Positions 40,454-51,228 of a DNA stretch of 64,000 nt are shown in pieces. Origin of the DNA: Candidatus Latescibacterota bacterium (GTDB lineage Bacteria; Krumholzibacteriota; Krumholzibacteriia; WVZY01; JAKEHA01); contig OY970173.1 of the NCBI GenBank assembly GCA_963707635.1, positions 2,144,001 to 2,208,000 on the forward strand, in the 5' to 3' direction. Each line of letters begins with the position of its first letter. Positions within the stretch are counted from its first letter, which is position 1. Below the pieces are notes generated by a model. That model saw nothing but the letters and a program-made list of their open reading frames with translations, ran no database searches and was not told the DNA's origin. The translations under genes and the position numbers were made by a program.

Positions 40454-41556
40454 GCGAGCAGTTCCTCCGCCAGCTCCGCCACCCGCGCGCATCCACGACC
40501 GTCGCCGAGCCGGTGGCGCAGCTCCCGGAAGCACGCGACGGCTGCCTCGCGCCGCGGCGCGTCGTCGAGCATGCGCGCCACCTCGTCCGCGATGTCGCCG
40601 GGGCGCGCGGCGTCCTGGACGAACTCGCGGGCGATCTCGCGCCCCGCCAGCACGTTCACGAGCCCGACGTGGGGGATGCGCACGAGCCGCTTCGCCAGGA
40701 AATAGTTGAAACGCGAGGTGCGATACACCACCACCAGCGGGGTCTCCAGGAGCGCCGCCTGCAGGGTCGCCGTCCCGGATGCCACCATCGCCGCACGCGC
40801 GCGACCCAGGACGTCGACGGCGTCCTCGCCGACCTCGAAACCGCCGCCGCCCCGGGCCGTGATCTCACGGTAGAGCTCGCGCCCCACCACCGGACTCTTG
40901 CCGATCACGAATCGAAGCTCCGGCCCGCGATCGCGCAGCGCGCGGGCCGCCTCCAGCAGCACGGGGAGGATGGTACGGACCTCCGACTCCCGGCTCCCCG
41001 GCAACAGCGCGATCCACTCCCGCTCCGACCAGGGCCGGGCGGGCGGCAGCTCGTGGTCCACGACGAACGGGTGGCCGACGTACTCCGCCCTCACCTTCGC
41101 GCGCCGGAAGTACTCCTCTTCAAACGGGAGGACCACGGCCATGGAGTCGACCACGCTGCGGATCCTGGCCAGGCGCCGCTCGCCCCACGCCCACACCTGG
41201 GGCGCAATATAATAGAGAACCGGAACGCCCCGCCGGTGCGCGTGGGCGCACAAACGCAGGTTTAGCCCGGGGTAGTCGACCGCGATCAACAGGTCGGCCC
41301 GGTCGATCAGCGCCTTCATTGAACGCTCGAGATGGATGAATTTGCGCAGGCCGGTGAGCACGCCGGTAAAGCCGATGAGCGCGTAATCTCGGTGCTCGAA
41401 GCGGACGGTCATGCCGGCGCGCGCGCAGTTCTCGCCACCCATCCCCTCGATGGCGACTCCGGGCAGGCGGGAGACGAGGGCCGCGACCAGGTGCGCCGCG
41501 TGCATGTCACCGGAAAGCTCGCCGGCGCACAGGACGATGCGGCGCGGAGCCCCCAT
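40450..41556 (-). CDS. lpxB: Lipid-A-disaccharide synthase
   Basis: AGELSGD, VDYPGLN, YIAPQVWAW, LPFE, VGHP, LLPGSR, SGTATL. Confidence 0.95.
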   Translation of the reverse strand: MGAPRRIVLCAGELSGDMHAAHLVAALVSRLPGVAIEGMGGENCARAGMTVRFEHRDYALIGFTGVLTGLRKFIHLERSMKALIDRADLLIAVDYPGLNLRLCAHAHRRGVPVLYYIAPQVWAWGERRLARIRSVVDSMAVVLPFEEEYFRRAKVRAEYVGHPFVVDHELPPARPWSEREWIALLPGSRESEVRTILPVLLEAARALRDRGPELRFVIGKSPVVGRELYREITARGGGGFEVGEDAVDVLGRARAAMVASGTATLQAALLETPLVVVYRTSRFNYFLAKRLVRIPHVGLVNVLAGREIAREFVQDAARPGDIADEVARMLDDAPRREAAVACFRELRHRLGDGRGCARVAELAEELLA

Positions 41557-41569
41557 GCGAGCCTGCGCG

Positions 41570-42553
41570 CTAGACGCGCGCCCGCCCCACCCGCTCGGCG
41601 ATCCCGGCTGCCAGTCGCACGGCGTCCAGCCCGTCCTCTCCCGTGACCGGCGGGCGGGTTCGATCGACCACGCAGCGGCAAAACGAGGCCAGCTCCTTGA
41701 CCAGCGGCTCCACCCCGTCGCCCCGGATCTGCGCGACCTGGACCAGGTCCATCATGGCGCCGGGACCGGACGTCCCCGCGCGCTGCAACTCGGCCAGCCG
41801 CGCCTCGAACCCGTCGGCCTTGCGATAGTGCGTGGCGACGCCGGCGAGCAGGTCGATGGAGAAGTAGCCGTTGGCGGAGAACACACGAACCTTGCGCATG
41901 GGTGAGGCGGTGACGCGGCTGGCGGTGAGGTTGGCCACGCAGCCGCCTTCGTACTCCAGGCGCGCGCTGACGATGTCCGGTTCGGCGGTGAGAATGGCGG
42001 CGCCGTTGGCGCGGATGTCGCGCGGCCGCTCGCCGACCAGTAGGCCGAGCAGGTCGAGGTCGTGGATCATCAGGTCCATCACCACCGACACGTCGGTTCC
42101 ACGGATCGAAAACGGAGCCAGCCGGTGAACTTCGATAAACAGTGGGGTGCCGATGCGCGGAAAGACCGCCTCGACGGCACCGTTGAAACGCTCGATGTGT
42201 CCAACCTGGAGCAGCCGGTCCGCCGAACGCGCCGCGCGCACCACCCGCTCGCCCTCGGCCACCGAGGCCGCGAGCGGCTTCTCCACGAAGACATCCTTCC
42301 CCGCCGCCAGCGCCGCCACCGCCACCTCGGCGTGGGCAGAGGTCGTGGTCACGATGGAGACTGCGTCCACCGCGTCGAGCATCGCCGCGAGCGTGTCGAA
42401 CGCTGTCGCGCCGTGCTCGGCGGCCGCTTCGCGGGAGCGTTCCGGCCGGTGATCCACGCAGCCGACGAAGTCGACGCCGGGCGTGGCCCGAAGCACGCGA
42501 ACGTGGGCGCGTCCCAGACGCCCCACCCCCGCGACTCCGACGCGAAGTCCCAC
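41570..42553 (-). CDS. Gfo/Idh/MocA oxidoreductase (GnnA-like UDP-GlcNAc 3-dehydrogenase candidate)
   Basis: GVGRLG, VEKP, QVGHIERFN, DVSVVMDLMIHDLD, ANLTASRV; lies between lpxA and lpxB. Confidence 0.8.
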   Translation of the reverse strand: MGLRVGVAGVGRLGRAHVRVLRATPGVDFVGCVDHRPERSREAAAEHGATAFDTLAAMLDAVDAVSIVTTTSAHAEVAVAALAAGKDVFVEKPLAASVAEGERVVRAARSADRLLQVGHIERFNGAVEAVFPRIGTPLFIEVHRLAPFSIRGTDVSVVMDLMIHDLDLLGLLVGERPRDIRANGAAILTAEPDIVSARLEYEGGCVANLTASRVTASPMRKVRVFSANGYFSIDLLAGVATHYRKADGFEARLAELQRAGTSGPGAMMDLVQVAQIRGDGVEPLVKELASFCRCVVDRTRPPVTGEDGLDAVRLAAGIAERVGRARV

Positions 42554-42557
42554 CGTG

Positions 42558-43352
42558 TTACTTGGTGATGCCGCGCTCGCTGTGCCGCAGGAACTCGGCC
42601 ATCACCGCCGCCTCCGCGCTGTCCCAGCTGTCCCCGTCGAGCAGGTCGGTCACCTGGGAAACGTTGAGGTCGCTGCGGTAGAGGAGCTTGTAGATCTGCT
42701 TGATGTGCGCCCGCGCCTCCGCGGAGAACCCGCGGCGCTCGAGCCCGATCGAGTTGAGCCCGTACACCTGGAGCGGGTTGCCCGCCACCTTGATGAACGG
42801 CGGGATGTCGCGCTCCACGCGGCTGCCGCCGCCCACGAACGCGTACTTCCCGATGCGGACGAACTGGTGCACGGGCGTCAAGCCGCCGACGGTGACGAAG
42901 TCATCGATGGTGACGTGTCCCGCCAGGTTGACGGCGTTGGCGAGCACGACCTCGTTACCGATCACGCAATTGTGCGCGACGTGCACATACGCCATCAGCA
43001 GGCACCGGTTGCCGATCACCGTGCTCTCGCCTTCCCCGGTCGCGAGGTTGACGGTCACGAATTCGCGGAAGACGTTGTCGTCGCCGATGGTGAGATGACT
43101 GCGCTCGCCTTCGTACTTCAGGTCCTGCGGCGGGGAGCCGACGCTGGCCCCGTGAAAAAAGCGATTGTTCGCCCCGATCTTGGTGGCACCCTCGATCGAC
43201 ACGTTCGACCCGATGTCGCACCCGTCTCCGATCTCGACGTTCTCGCCGATGACCGTGTACGGGCCGATCCTCACCCCTTCACCAATGCGCGCCCACGAAT
43301 GAATCACCGCGGTGGGATGGATTTCCGTCTTTCTGAGATTGTAGCCCCTCAC
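42558..43352 (-). CDS. lpxA: Acyl-ACP--UDP-N-acetylglucosamine acyltransferase
   Basis: IHPTAVI, PQDLKY, REFVT, YVHVAHNC, LAGHV, HQF, LNSIGLERRG; GTG start with GGGAG RBS. Confidence 0.95.
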   Translation of the reverse strand: MRGYNLRKTEIHPTAVIHSWARIGEGVRIGPYTVIGENVEIGDGCDIGSNVSIEGATKIGANNRFFHGASVGSPPQDLKYEGERSHLTIGDDNVFREFVTVNLATGEGESTVIGNRCLLMAYVHVAHNCVIGNEVVLANAVNLAGHVTIDDFVTVGGLTPVHQFVRIGKYAFVGGGSRVERDIPPFIKVAGNPLQVYGLNSIGLERRGFSAEARAHIKQIYKLLYRSDLNVSQVTDLLDGDSWDSAEAAVMAEFLRHSERGITK

Positions 43353-43381
43353 ACGATTACTCCCTTCTTGCACCATCGAGC

Positions 43382-44695
43382 CTAGCGCTCCACGATTACG
43401 GACGACAGCTCTGCCTCTGCGGCCAGCTTCCCGTCCACGTACGCGTACCCCTGCATCGTGCACATGCCGCGACGCAGGGTCTTCATTTCGAGAACGAACC
43501 GGAGCTGGTCTCCGGGGAGCACGGGGCGGCGGAATTTCGCGCGATCGATGCGCGTGAAGTATACGAGGTATTTCTTCGGATCGTCCACGGTATTGAGCAA
43601 CATGACGCCGCCGGTCTGCGCCATCGCTTCGATGATGAGCACCGCCGGCATGATCGGGTGTCCGGGAAAATGCCCGACGAAGAACGGTTCGTTGATGGTC
43701 ACGTTCTTGATCCCGACCACGCGTTTGCGGTCTTCCAGCTCGATGATACGGTCGACGAGCAGGAACGGATAGCGGTGCGGCATGATCTCCTGGATGAGAT
43801 TGATGTCCCATTCCCCGGTGGACATGGCCACCGACGTCCGCTTCCGGTGCTGGTGGATCTCCCACAGCATGCGCACGAAGTGCACATTGGCGGCGTGGCC
43901 GGACTTGACCGCGTGCACGTGCCCGCGAATCGGCGCGCCCAGCAGCGACAAGTCCCCGATCAGGTCGAGGATCTTGTGGCGCACGCATTCGTCCGGAAAC
44001 CGCAGCGGCTCTTCGTTCATGATTCCGTCGGGCGTGAACACGACCGCGTTCTTCAGCGACCCGCCGCGAATCAATCCCATCGCCTGCAGCCGCTCGACGT
44101 CCTCGCGCATCGCGAAGGTGCGGGCGGGGGCGATCTCGCGTTCGAACAGCTCCGGCGAAACCGTGAAGCTCGCGTACTGGGTTCCGATCTGCGGGTTGTC
44201 GTACTGAATCGTGAAGCTGACGCGAAAATCCTCCGCCGGCACGGCGTGGATCTCGATCCCGTCCTCCTTGAGCGTCACCGCTCGGTCGACGGCGAACACG
44301 TCCACCGGAGCGCCCTGGTTGACGAATCCCGCCTGCGCAAAATCGCTCACGTAGGACGCGTACGTCCCGCTCGCCGGCTCCGGCGGTTCGTTGCCGTCGA
44401 GCTCGATGACCAGGTTGTCGATCTGGAGGCTGTAGCAGGTCGCGAGCACGTGCTCGACGGTGTGGATCTCGGCGGACCCGTGCGAAATGGTCGTGTTACG
44501 GAACGACTGGGCGTTCTCGGGGATGCTCGTCACGACCGCCGGAATCTCGACCGGCGGCGTGAGGTCGACCCGCACGAACTTGATCCCCGTGCCGGGGCGC
44601 GCCGCCTTGACGCGCATGGTCACGATGTTGCCGGTGTGGAGGCCCTGACCCTTCACGACGAACTCTCTAGCGATCGTCCGCTGCTGTCGCGCCAT
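43382..44695 (-). CDS. lpxC-fabZ: Bifunctional LpxC deacetylase / FabZ dehydratase
   Basis: [33 protein letters not shown]; then [26 protein letters not shown]. Confidence 0.95.
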   Translation of the reverse strand: MARQQRTIAREFVVKGQGLHTGNIVTMRVKAARPGTGIKFVRVDLTPPVEIPAVVTSIPENAQSFRNTTISHGSAEIHTVEHVLATCYSLQIDNLVIELDGNEPPEPASGTYASYVSDFAQAGFVNQGAPVDVFAVDRAVTLKEDGIEIHAVPAEDFRVSFTIQYDNPQIGTQYASFTVSPELFEREIAPARTFAMREDVERLQAMGLIRGGSLKNAVVFTPDGIMNEEPLRFPDECVRHKILDLIGDLSLLGAPIRGHVHAVKSGHAANVHFVRMLWEIHQHRKRTSVAMSTGEWDINLIQEIMPHRYPFLLVDRIIELEDRKRVVGIKNVTINEPFFVGHFPGHPIMPAVLIIEAMAQTGGVMLLNTVDDPKKYLVYFTRIDRAKFRRPVLPGDQLRFVLEMKTLRRGMCTMQGYAYVDGKLAAEAELSSVIVER

Positions 44696-45734
44696 GCTCG
44701 CCTCCTTTCTCCAGCTCGCGAATGCGAAGCTCGAGCTCCTTCATGCGTTTGAACAGATCGGGCAGCATGGCGGTGAGCGCCCCGATGCGCCGCGCGGCGC
44801 TGTGCTCGCGCGCCGGATAGCCGGAGACGGTCGTCCCGGCCGGGATCGACTTGGTGACGCCGCTCTGCCCGCCGACGACCACGCCATCCCCCAGCACGAT
44901 GTGTCCCTGCAGCCCTGCCTGGCCCCCCAGGACGACATTGTCGCCCAGCTCCGTGCTGCCGGAGATCCCCACCTGCGCGGCGATCACGCAGTTCTCACCC
45001 ACCACCACGTTGTGCGCGATCTGCACCAGGTTGTCGATCTTGGTCCCGCGCCCAATCCGGGTCTCGCCGGTGGTGGCGCGATCGACGCACGAGTTCGCAC
45101 CGATTTCGACGTCGTCCTCGATCACGACGCGGCCGATCTGCGGGACCTTGTGATGGGTCGATCCGTTCTTCGCGTAGCCGAACCCATCGCTGCCGATCAC
45201 GACGCCGGGCTGGAGGATCACCCGGTCACCGATCTCGCACCCCTCGCGAATGGTGACGCTCGGGTAGATCAAACAACCCTTGCCGATCGAGGCGTGCTCG
45301 CCGACAAACGAGCCGCACAGTACCGTGGTGTCGTCACCGACAGTCGCGTGGGGCCCGATCTGGCATCCGGGGCCGATGGCGACGTTCTCGCCCAGGCGGG
45401 CCGACGGGTCCACCATCGCGGTGCGGTCCACGCCGCGCGCGTACCGGACCGCCTGGTCGGCCGCAAAAATATTCAGGACTTGAAAATAGGCGTAATAGGG
45501 GTTGGAGATTCTGATCAGCGGTTTGCTGGTGGCCAGGCTTCCGCCGCCGATGACCGCCGACGCGCGCGTGCTGGTGAGAAACTCTTCGTACCTCGGGTTC
45601 GCGATGAATGTGATGTCGCCCGGCTCCGCCTCCCGGATGCCGGCGACCCCGCGAATGACGGTATCGCCGTCGCCTTCGACATCCCCGCCGAGGATAGCCG
45701 CAAGCTCGCACAGTTTATAACAACGCTCGCCCAA
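44667..45734 (-). CDS. lpxD: UDP-3-O-(3-hydroxyacyl)glucosamine N-acyltransferase
   Basis: Hexapeptide repeats, [26 protein letters not shown]. Confidence 0.95.
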   Translation of the reverse strand: MGERCYKLCELAAILGGDVEGDGDTVIRGVAGIREAEPGDITFIANPRYEEFLTSTRASAVIGGGSLATSKPLIRISNPYYAYFQVLNIFAADQAVRYARGVDRTAMVDPSARLGENVAIGPGCQIGPHATVGDDTTVLCGSFVGEHASIGKGCLIYPSVTIREGCEIGDRVILQPGVVIGSDGFGYAKNGSTHHKVPQIGRVVIEDDVEIGANSCVDRATTGETRIGRGTKIDNLVQIAHNVVVGENCVIAAQVGISGSTELGDNVVLGGQAGLQGHIVLGDGVVVGGQSGVTKSIPAGTTVSGYPAREHSAARRIGALTAMLPDLFKRMKELELRIRELEKGGEHGATAADDR

Positions 45735-45761
45735 GGATATCCTGTCCGCGGCGGCAAGCGC

Positions 45762-46298
45762 CTACTGTTGTCGGGTACTCAAGGTCGCGAGCACGAGCTC
45801 GGTGAGATCGATGGCCTTGTCCGCATAAACGATGTTGGCGTTGGCCACGTCGAACACCATGGTGTAGCCCTGCTCCTTCGCGATCTTCTCGATGATCTTG
45901 TTGATCTTGTCGACGATCGGCTGCGTCAGCTCCTTGTTGCGGCGCGCCGCCAGGCCGGTGTCGCCGAAAGTCTCGTCCATGAAGCGCTTGTACTCGTCCA
46001 TCTTGCGCTGGAACTCGAGTTTTCGCTCCGCCTTCTTCTCCTCCGAGAGCATCGGGCTCTGCGCGCTCAATTCCTCGCCCATGCGCGACAGATCCTGTTC
46101 GTAGCGCTGCTTCTGCGCCTCCCACTGCTGCACGTCGGCACGGTACTGGCGCTCCGCCTCCTGGGTTTCCTTGTTCTCGGCGAAGATCTTAATTGAGTCA
46201 ATGTATCCAATCTTGACCGTCTGGGCAAGCGCCGAAATGGCTCCCACCACCACCACGGCCATGCTCAGGGCCAGCACTGCAAGCATCTTGTGTTTCAT
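45762..46298 (-). CDS. skp: OmpH/Skp periplasmic chaperone
   Basis: Signal peptide, KIGYID, coiled coil, GYTMVFD, DLT; lies between bamA and lpxD. Confidence 0.92.
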   Translation of the reverse strand: MKHKMLAVLALSMAVVVVGAISALAQTVKIGYIDSIKIFAENKETQEAERQYRADVQQWEAQKQRYEQDLSRMGEELSAQSPMLSEEKKAERKLEFQRKMDEYKRFMDETFGDTGLAARRNKELTQPIVDKINKIIEKIAKEQGYTMVFDVANANIVYADKAIDLTELVLATLSTRQQ

Positions 46299-46342
46299 GA
46301 GTTACACTCTCCTTTGCAATCCGATTCGAATGTGACCGGGGG

Positions 46343-48619
46343 CTAGAACGACGAGCCAAACGTGATGTGCGGCTCCCAACGCGCGCCGCCCACGCGGTCG
46401 AACCCGTACGCGTAGTCGAAACCGAACAGGCCGATCATCGGCAGCTCGATCATGACACCGAAGCCAGCACCGCGGTATATATCGCCCAGGTCCGCGGCCC
46501 CGAAGCTGTTCCACGTTCCCCCGAAGTCGAGGAAGGTGTGGGCATACACCGTCGGCGGAACGATCGGAAACTCGATCTGCACCACCGTGATCTCGTAGAA
46601 ACGCCCTCCCACGAACGGGCTGTTGCCGCGCGGCACCACCTCGTAGAAGTCGTAGCCGCGCAGACCATACCGGCGATTCCCGCCGAGCCGGAAGCGTTCG
46701 TAGTCGGGCACCTGGTCCGGACTCGAGTACCCGTTGACGATGCCCATCGTCTGCCGCAGCTCCAGGACGAACTTCCACTCGAGCGATTGGAACCATGAAA
46801 ACTCCGCCTCGTACCGCTGAATGTTCACGTCGCCGCCCAGCGCGGCGCCCGTCCAGCGCGCGTTGAGCGTCGTGCGCGTCCCCGTGGTCGCGTGGAACGG
46901 GTTGTCGGTCGAATTACGAAACAGGGTCAGCCCGAGCGAATTCGTCCGCTGCGGCCACTGCGTTTCCAGGAGCGGACCGCGATACAGGGGCGAAAAATTC
47001 GACAACTCCACCTCTTCGAGACTATAGCGCACCGAGATCGACGTGTAGTCGAGAAATGGCACCGGGCGCCCCACCCGCACGGAGAAACCGGTGCGCCGAT
47101 CGGAATAGAACTGCTGCGCCACCTTTTCCTGGTTGGCGGCGAAGAGCGAAAAGCTCAACTCGGTCGGGGTGCCGAACGCCCACGGCTGCGTAAAATTCAG
47201 ATTCACGTCCTGGCGTGAGCGCGAGAACTCCCAGTTCACCCCAACGCGGTATCCGCGGCCGAGAAAGTTCGGCTCGGTGACCCCGATGAAGCCGCTCACC
47301 CGGTTGAGCTGCGAGAACCCGGCGCCGACGCGAAACTGCCCAGCGGATTTCTCTTCCACCCGCAGCGTCAGATCGATGTCGCCCTCTTCGTTCACCGGGT
47401 CGACGCTGACCTGCGGCGGTCCGGCGAAGAACCCGAGGTTGAACACCTCGCGCAGCGACCGTCGCAGGCGGCTGCTCGCGAACACGTCGCCCGGGTACAG
47501 CACCAGTTCGCGCCGGATGACATCCTCCCACGTCTTGGTGTTCCCCACCACGTTGATCTGGCGGACGTGCGCCAGGTGCCCCTGGTCGATCTCGATCGTG
47601 AGATCGATCACCTCGCCCCGCACCTGCTTCACCGGCGTCACGGTGGCGTAGATGTAGCCCCGATCCCCGAACAGGTTGGCGATGTTGAACTGGATGCGCG
47701 AGAGCTCGATGTCGTCGAAAGGTTCCCCGCTCTTCAGGGTCACCCGGTTCGCGATCACGCTGTCCGGAAACAGCGCGTTTCCCGTCCAGTCGATCGTGCC
47801 GACGAAATACCGTGTCCCCTCGCTGATGGTGATGAAGACGTCCACGTCGCGGCGGCTGGGGGAGAAGACGAACTCGGGCTCGTTCACGGCGACGTCGAGG
47901 TACCCCTGCGTCTTGTACAGTTCGATGATCCGCTCCCGGTCCGCCTCGAGCTCTTTGGGGTTGTAGTCGCCCCCGCTGAGCCAGGTGTCGGGCTTCGACT
48001 TCACCACCTTGTCGATCGCCTCGGTGTCGATCCCCTGCGCGCCGATGAAATCGATATGCTTGATGCGGACCTTTTCCCCTTCCGCGATGCGATAGATCAA
48101 CACGCGGCTCTTGGTCTTTTCGTCCCGCACGACGGTGTCGGTCACCGCCACCCCGGAGTAGCCCTTCTCGTGATAGATGTCCGCAATCGCCTGGCGGTCC
48201 CGGTTGAGCAGTGACGGCCGCGCGAAGGTGCCCTTGGTGATGCCGACCGCCTTGCGCAGGTCGTCCTCGCCGACGTGGTCGACGCCCTCGAAGCGCACTT
48301 CGTCCACGCGCGGGAACTCGGCCACCTCGATCACCACCACCACCGAGTCCGCCGTCGTTCCATCCTCTTTGTACGCACGCACGTCGCGAAACTGGCGGGT
48401 TTCGTACAGGCGCTTGAGCGCGGGGCGGATGCGCTCAGGGTCGTAGCCTTCCCCGGGCTTGAGGGCGAGCACGCGCAGGATCTTGGGCGCGGAGACCTGG
48501 TCGTTGCCGCGCACCTCGATACGCTGCATGAACGTGGTGGGCCGGTCCGCGGCCCGGACGGCCGCCGGGACGAGCAGAGAAACGGCCCCCAGTAAAACGC
48601 CTAACTTATTGCAGTGCAT
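46343..48619 (-). CDS. bamA: Outer membrane protein assembly factor BamA
   Basis: Five POTRA-like repeats (e.g. GNTKTWEDVIRRE), NFLGRG, LRGY, C-terminal FGSSF. Start uncertain (48619 ATG or 48640 TTG). Confidence 0.93.
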   Translation of the reverse strand: MHCNKLGVLLGAVSLLVPAAVRAADRPTTFMQRIEVRGNDQVSAPKILRVLALKPGEGYDPERIRPALKRLYETRQFRDVRAYKEDGTTADSVVVVIEVAEFPRVDEVRFEGVDHVGEDDLRKAVGITKGTFARPSLLNRDRQAIADIYHEKGYSGVAVTDTVVRDEKTKSRVLIYRIAEGEKVRIKHIDFIGAQGIDTEAIDKVVKSKPDTWLSGGDYNPKELEADRERIIELYKTQGYLDVAVNEPEFVFSPSRRDVDVFITISEGTRYFVGTIDWTGNALFPDSVIANRVTLKSGEPFDDIELSRIQFNIANLFGDRGYIYATVTPVKQVRGEVIDLTIEIDQGHLAHVRQINVVGNTKTWEDVIRRELVLYPGDVFASSRLRRSLREVFNLGFFAGPPQVSVDPVNEEGDIDLTLRVEEKSAGQFRVGAGFSQLNRVSGFIGVTEPNFLGRGYRVGVNWEFSRSRQDVNLNFTQPWAFGTPTELSFSLFAANQEKVAQQFYSDRRTGFSVRVGRPVPFLDYTSISVRYSLEEVELSNFSPLYRGPLLETQWPQRTNSLGLTLFRNSTDNPFHATTGTRTTLNARWTGAALGGDVNIQRYEAEFSWFQSLEWKFVLELRQTMGIVNGYSSPDQVPDYERFRLGGNRRYGLRGYDFYEVVPRGNSPFVGGRFYEITVVQIEFPIVPPTVYAHTFLDFGGTWNSFGAADLGDIYRGAGFGVMIELPMIGLFGFDYAYGFDRVGGARWEPHITFGSSF

Positions 48620-48649
48620 TGAGCTACAGGGTCGCGCCAAAACTGGTGG

Positions 48650-48678
48650 AGGTTAGCACAGCGCACCCAATGAGTAAA
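48650..48678 (-). promoter_or_regulatory. Possible sigma-70 promoter of bamA-skp-lpx
   Basis: TTTACT-N17-TAACCT with an extended -10 TG. Confidence 0.45.
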
Positions 48679-48716
48679 CAAAAAGCAAGATACCCCCGGC
48701 AGGCGCCAGGGGTATC
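48676..48716 (-). terminator. Rho-independent terminator after clpC
   Basis: Minus strand GATACCCCTGG-CGCCTG-CCGGGGGTATC followed by TTGCTTTTTGTTT. Confidence 0.75.
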
Positions 48717-48746
48717 GCATGCGAAGTCTGGAACTATCGACGCCGC

Positions 48747-51200
48747 TTACGTTTGCGGCGCGTCCTCGCCCGCGTCGCTGGCCACCGCAAACGCGAGCTC
48801 GTCCGCAGCGACCCCGACTTTGATTTCGGCGTCCTTCTGGATGCCGTGCGCGAGAATCAGCTCGCTCAGCGGGTCTTCGAGGTAGCGCTGGATCGCCCGG
48901 CGCAGCGGACGCGCGCCGAGTGCCGGATCGAACCCGTGGTCGATGAGGAAGGCCTTCGCCTCATCCGAAACATTAACATCGATCTCGAGCACGTCGAGCC
49001 GCTTGACGAAGTTGCGCAGGAGGACCTCGACGATCTGCCGCATGTCGTCCTTCTCGAGCTGACGGAACACGATGGCGTCGTCCAGGCGATTGAGGAACTC
49101 GGGATTGAATGTCTTCTTCAAATGGTCGAGCAGCTTCGCGCGAATCGACTGAAACTGCGCGTCGCTCCCGTCCTGGACGAACCCCATGGTCTTGCCCGAG
49201 CGGATCTCCCCGGCACCCACGTTGGAGGTCATGATGAGAACCGTGTTCCGGAAGTCCACCCGACGTCCGTAGCTGTCGGTGAGCTGTCCCTCCTCCATGA
49301 CCTGGAGCAGAATATTGAAGACGTCCGGGTGGGCCTTCTCGATTTCGTCCAGCAGGACCACCGAATACGGCTTGCGCCGGACCTTTTCGGTGAGCTGCCC
49401 GCCTTCGTCGTATCCGACGTAACCTGGGGGCGCGCCGATCAGGCGGGACACGCTGAACTTCTCCATGTACTCCGACATGTCGATCCGGATCAGCGCCTCC
49501 TCGGACTCGAACATTACTTCCGCCAGCGACTTCGCCAACTCGGTCTTGCCCACGCCGGTGGGACCGAGGAAGATGAAGCTTCCGATCGGCCGCCTCGGGT
49601 CGCGCAGCCCCGCGCGATTGCGTCGCACCGCGCGCGCCACCGCCCTGACCGCTTCCTCCTGGCCGATCACGCGGGCGCGAATCGCGTTCTCGAGGTGCAG
49701 GAGCTTCTCGGTCTCTTCCTTCTCGACCTCGCTGACCGGGATCCCGGTCATCGCCGCCACCACCTTGGCGATGTCCGTGCTCGTCACCACCGTCTCCTGC
49801 GCCTGTTTCGTCTCAGCCCAGGTCTTACGGATGTCGTCGAGAGTCTTGCGAAGCTCCTTCTCCCGATCCCGGTAGCGGGCCGCCTTTTCGAACTCCTGCG
49901 CCTGAATCGCCGACTCCTTCTCCCGCGACACCTCTTCGATCTCGCGCTCGAGGTTGGTCAGCTCCATGGGCGCGGTCACCACCGACAGGCGCGCGCGCGA
50001 GCCCGCCTCGTCGATCACGTCGATCGCCTTGTCGGGCAGGAAGCGGTCATGGATGTAGCGCTCGGCAAGAAACACCGCGGCGCGCACCGCGTCGTCGTTG
50101 ATCTTCACGCGGTGGTGCGCCTCGTACTTGTCGCGCAGCCCCATGATGATCTGGATGGTCTCTTCCGACGTCGGCGGGTTGACCATGATGGGCTGGAAGC
50201 GGCGCTCGAGCGCGCCGTCCTTCTCGATGTACTTGCGATACTCGTCGAGCGTGGTGGCGCCGATGCACTGGAGCTCGCCGCGCGCGAGCGCGGGCTTGAG
50301 CATGTTCGAGGCGTCGATGGCTCCCTCGGCGCCGCCGGCACCCACGATGGTGTGGATCTCGTCGATGAAGATGATCACGTCTTCGGCCTGACGGATCTCG
50401 TTGATGATCGACTTCAGGCGCTCCTCGAACTGGCCGCGGTACTTGGTCCCCGCCACCACCGACGCCAGGTCGAGCGTGCAGATGCGCCGGTCCTTGAGAA
50501 TCTCGGGCACCTTGTTGTCGACGATGCGCTGCGCGAGCCCCTCGGCGATGGCGGTCTTGCCCACGCCGGGTTCGCCGATCAGCACCGGGTTGTTCTTCTT
50601 GCGCCGGCTCAAGACCTGGATCACGCGTTCGATTTCCTGGTCGCGGCCGATGATGGGGTCGAGCTTGCTCTCGCGCGCCATCTGCGTCAGGTCGCGGCCG
50701 AACTGATCCAGGTTCGGGGTGTCGCTCTTCTCTTTCTTGGCCTTGCGCGTCTTGACGGTCGTGGTCGGGCCCAGGAGCTTGAGCACTTCCTCGCGCACGC
50801 GCTTGCGGTCCACGCCGAGCTCGGCGAGCACCTGCGCCGCCACCCCTTCCCCTTCCCGAATCAGCCCCAGCAGCAGATGCTCGGTGCCGACGTAGTTGTG
50901 GCCGAGCAACCTCGCCTCCTCGATCGCCAGCTCCAGCACGCGCTTCGCGCGCGGCGTGAACGGGATCTCGCCGATGGTCAGGGTCCCGCCGGAGCTCTTG
51001 ACCATGTTCTCGACCGCCTGCTGGATCTGCTCGAAATCGAGCTCGAGCTTCGCGAGCACCTTGGCCGCGATGCCCTCGCCCTCGCGCACAATCCCGAGCA
51101 GCAGGTGCTCGGTGCCGATGTAATCGTGCTGCAGCCGCGCCGCTTCGTCGCGGGCGTAGTAGATCACCTTGCGAACCCGATCCGTAAAACGATCCTGCAT
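48747..51200 (-). CDS. clpC: ATP-dependent Clp protease ATP-binding subunit ClpC
   Basis: Two Clp_N repeats (GTEHLLLG), [11 protein letters not shown]-like M domain, [12 protein letters not shown] loop, GARPLRR. Confidence 0.97.
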   Translation of the reverse strand: MQDRFTDRVRKVIYYARDEAARLQHDYIGTEHLLLGIVREGEGIAAKVLAKLELDFEQIQQAVENMVKSSGGTLTIGEIPFTPRAKRVLELAIEEARLLGHNYVGTEHLLLGLIREGEGVAAQVLAELGVDRKRVREEVLKLLGPTTTVKTRKAKKEKSDTPNLDQFGRDLTQMARESKLDPIIGRDQEIERVIQVLSRRKKNNPVLIGEPGVGKTAIAEGLAQRIVDNKVPEILKDRRICTLDLASVVAGTKYRGQFEERLKSIINEIRQAEDVIIFIDEIHTIVGAGGAEGAIDASNMLKPALARGELQCIGATTLDEYRKYIEKDGALERRFQPIMVNPPTSEETIQIIMGLRDKYEAHHRVKINDDAVRAAVFLAERYIHDRFLPDKAIDVIDEAGSRARLSVVTAPMELTNLEREIEEVSREKESAIQAQEFEKAARYRDREKELRKTLDDIRKTWAETKQAQETVVTSTDIAKVVAAMTGIPVSEVEKEETEKLLHLENAIRARVIGQEEAVRAVARAVRRNRAGLRDPRRPIGSFIFLGPTGVGKTELAKSLAEVMFESEEALIRIDMSEYMEKFSVSRLIGAPPGYVGYDEGGQLTEKVRRKPYSVVLLDEIEKAHPDVFNILLQVMEEGQLTDSYGRRVDFRNTVLIMTSNVGAGEIRSGKTMGFVQDGSDAQFQSIRAKLLDHLKKTFNPEFLNRLDDAIVFRQLEKDDMRQIVEVLLRNFVKRLDVLEIDVNVSDEAKAFLIDHGFDPALGARPLRRAIQRYLEDPLSELILAHGIQKDAEIKVGVAADELAFAVASDAGEDAPQT

Positions 51201-51228
51201 GATTACCCCGTGTGTCGCTTCGGTGCTT

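Noticed and set aside
48653..48680. CIRCE-like TTAGCAC...GAGT near clpC
   Set aside because: Wrong spacing, a poor right arm, and it lies downstream of clpC; better explained as the bamA promoter.
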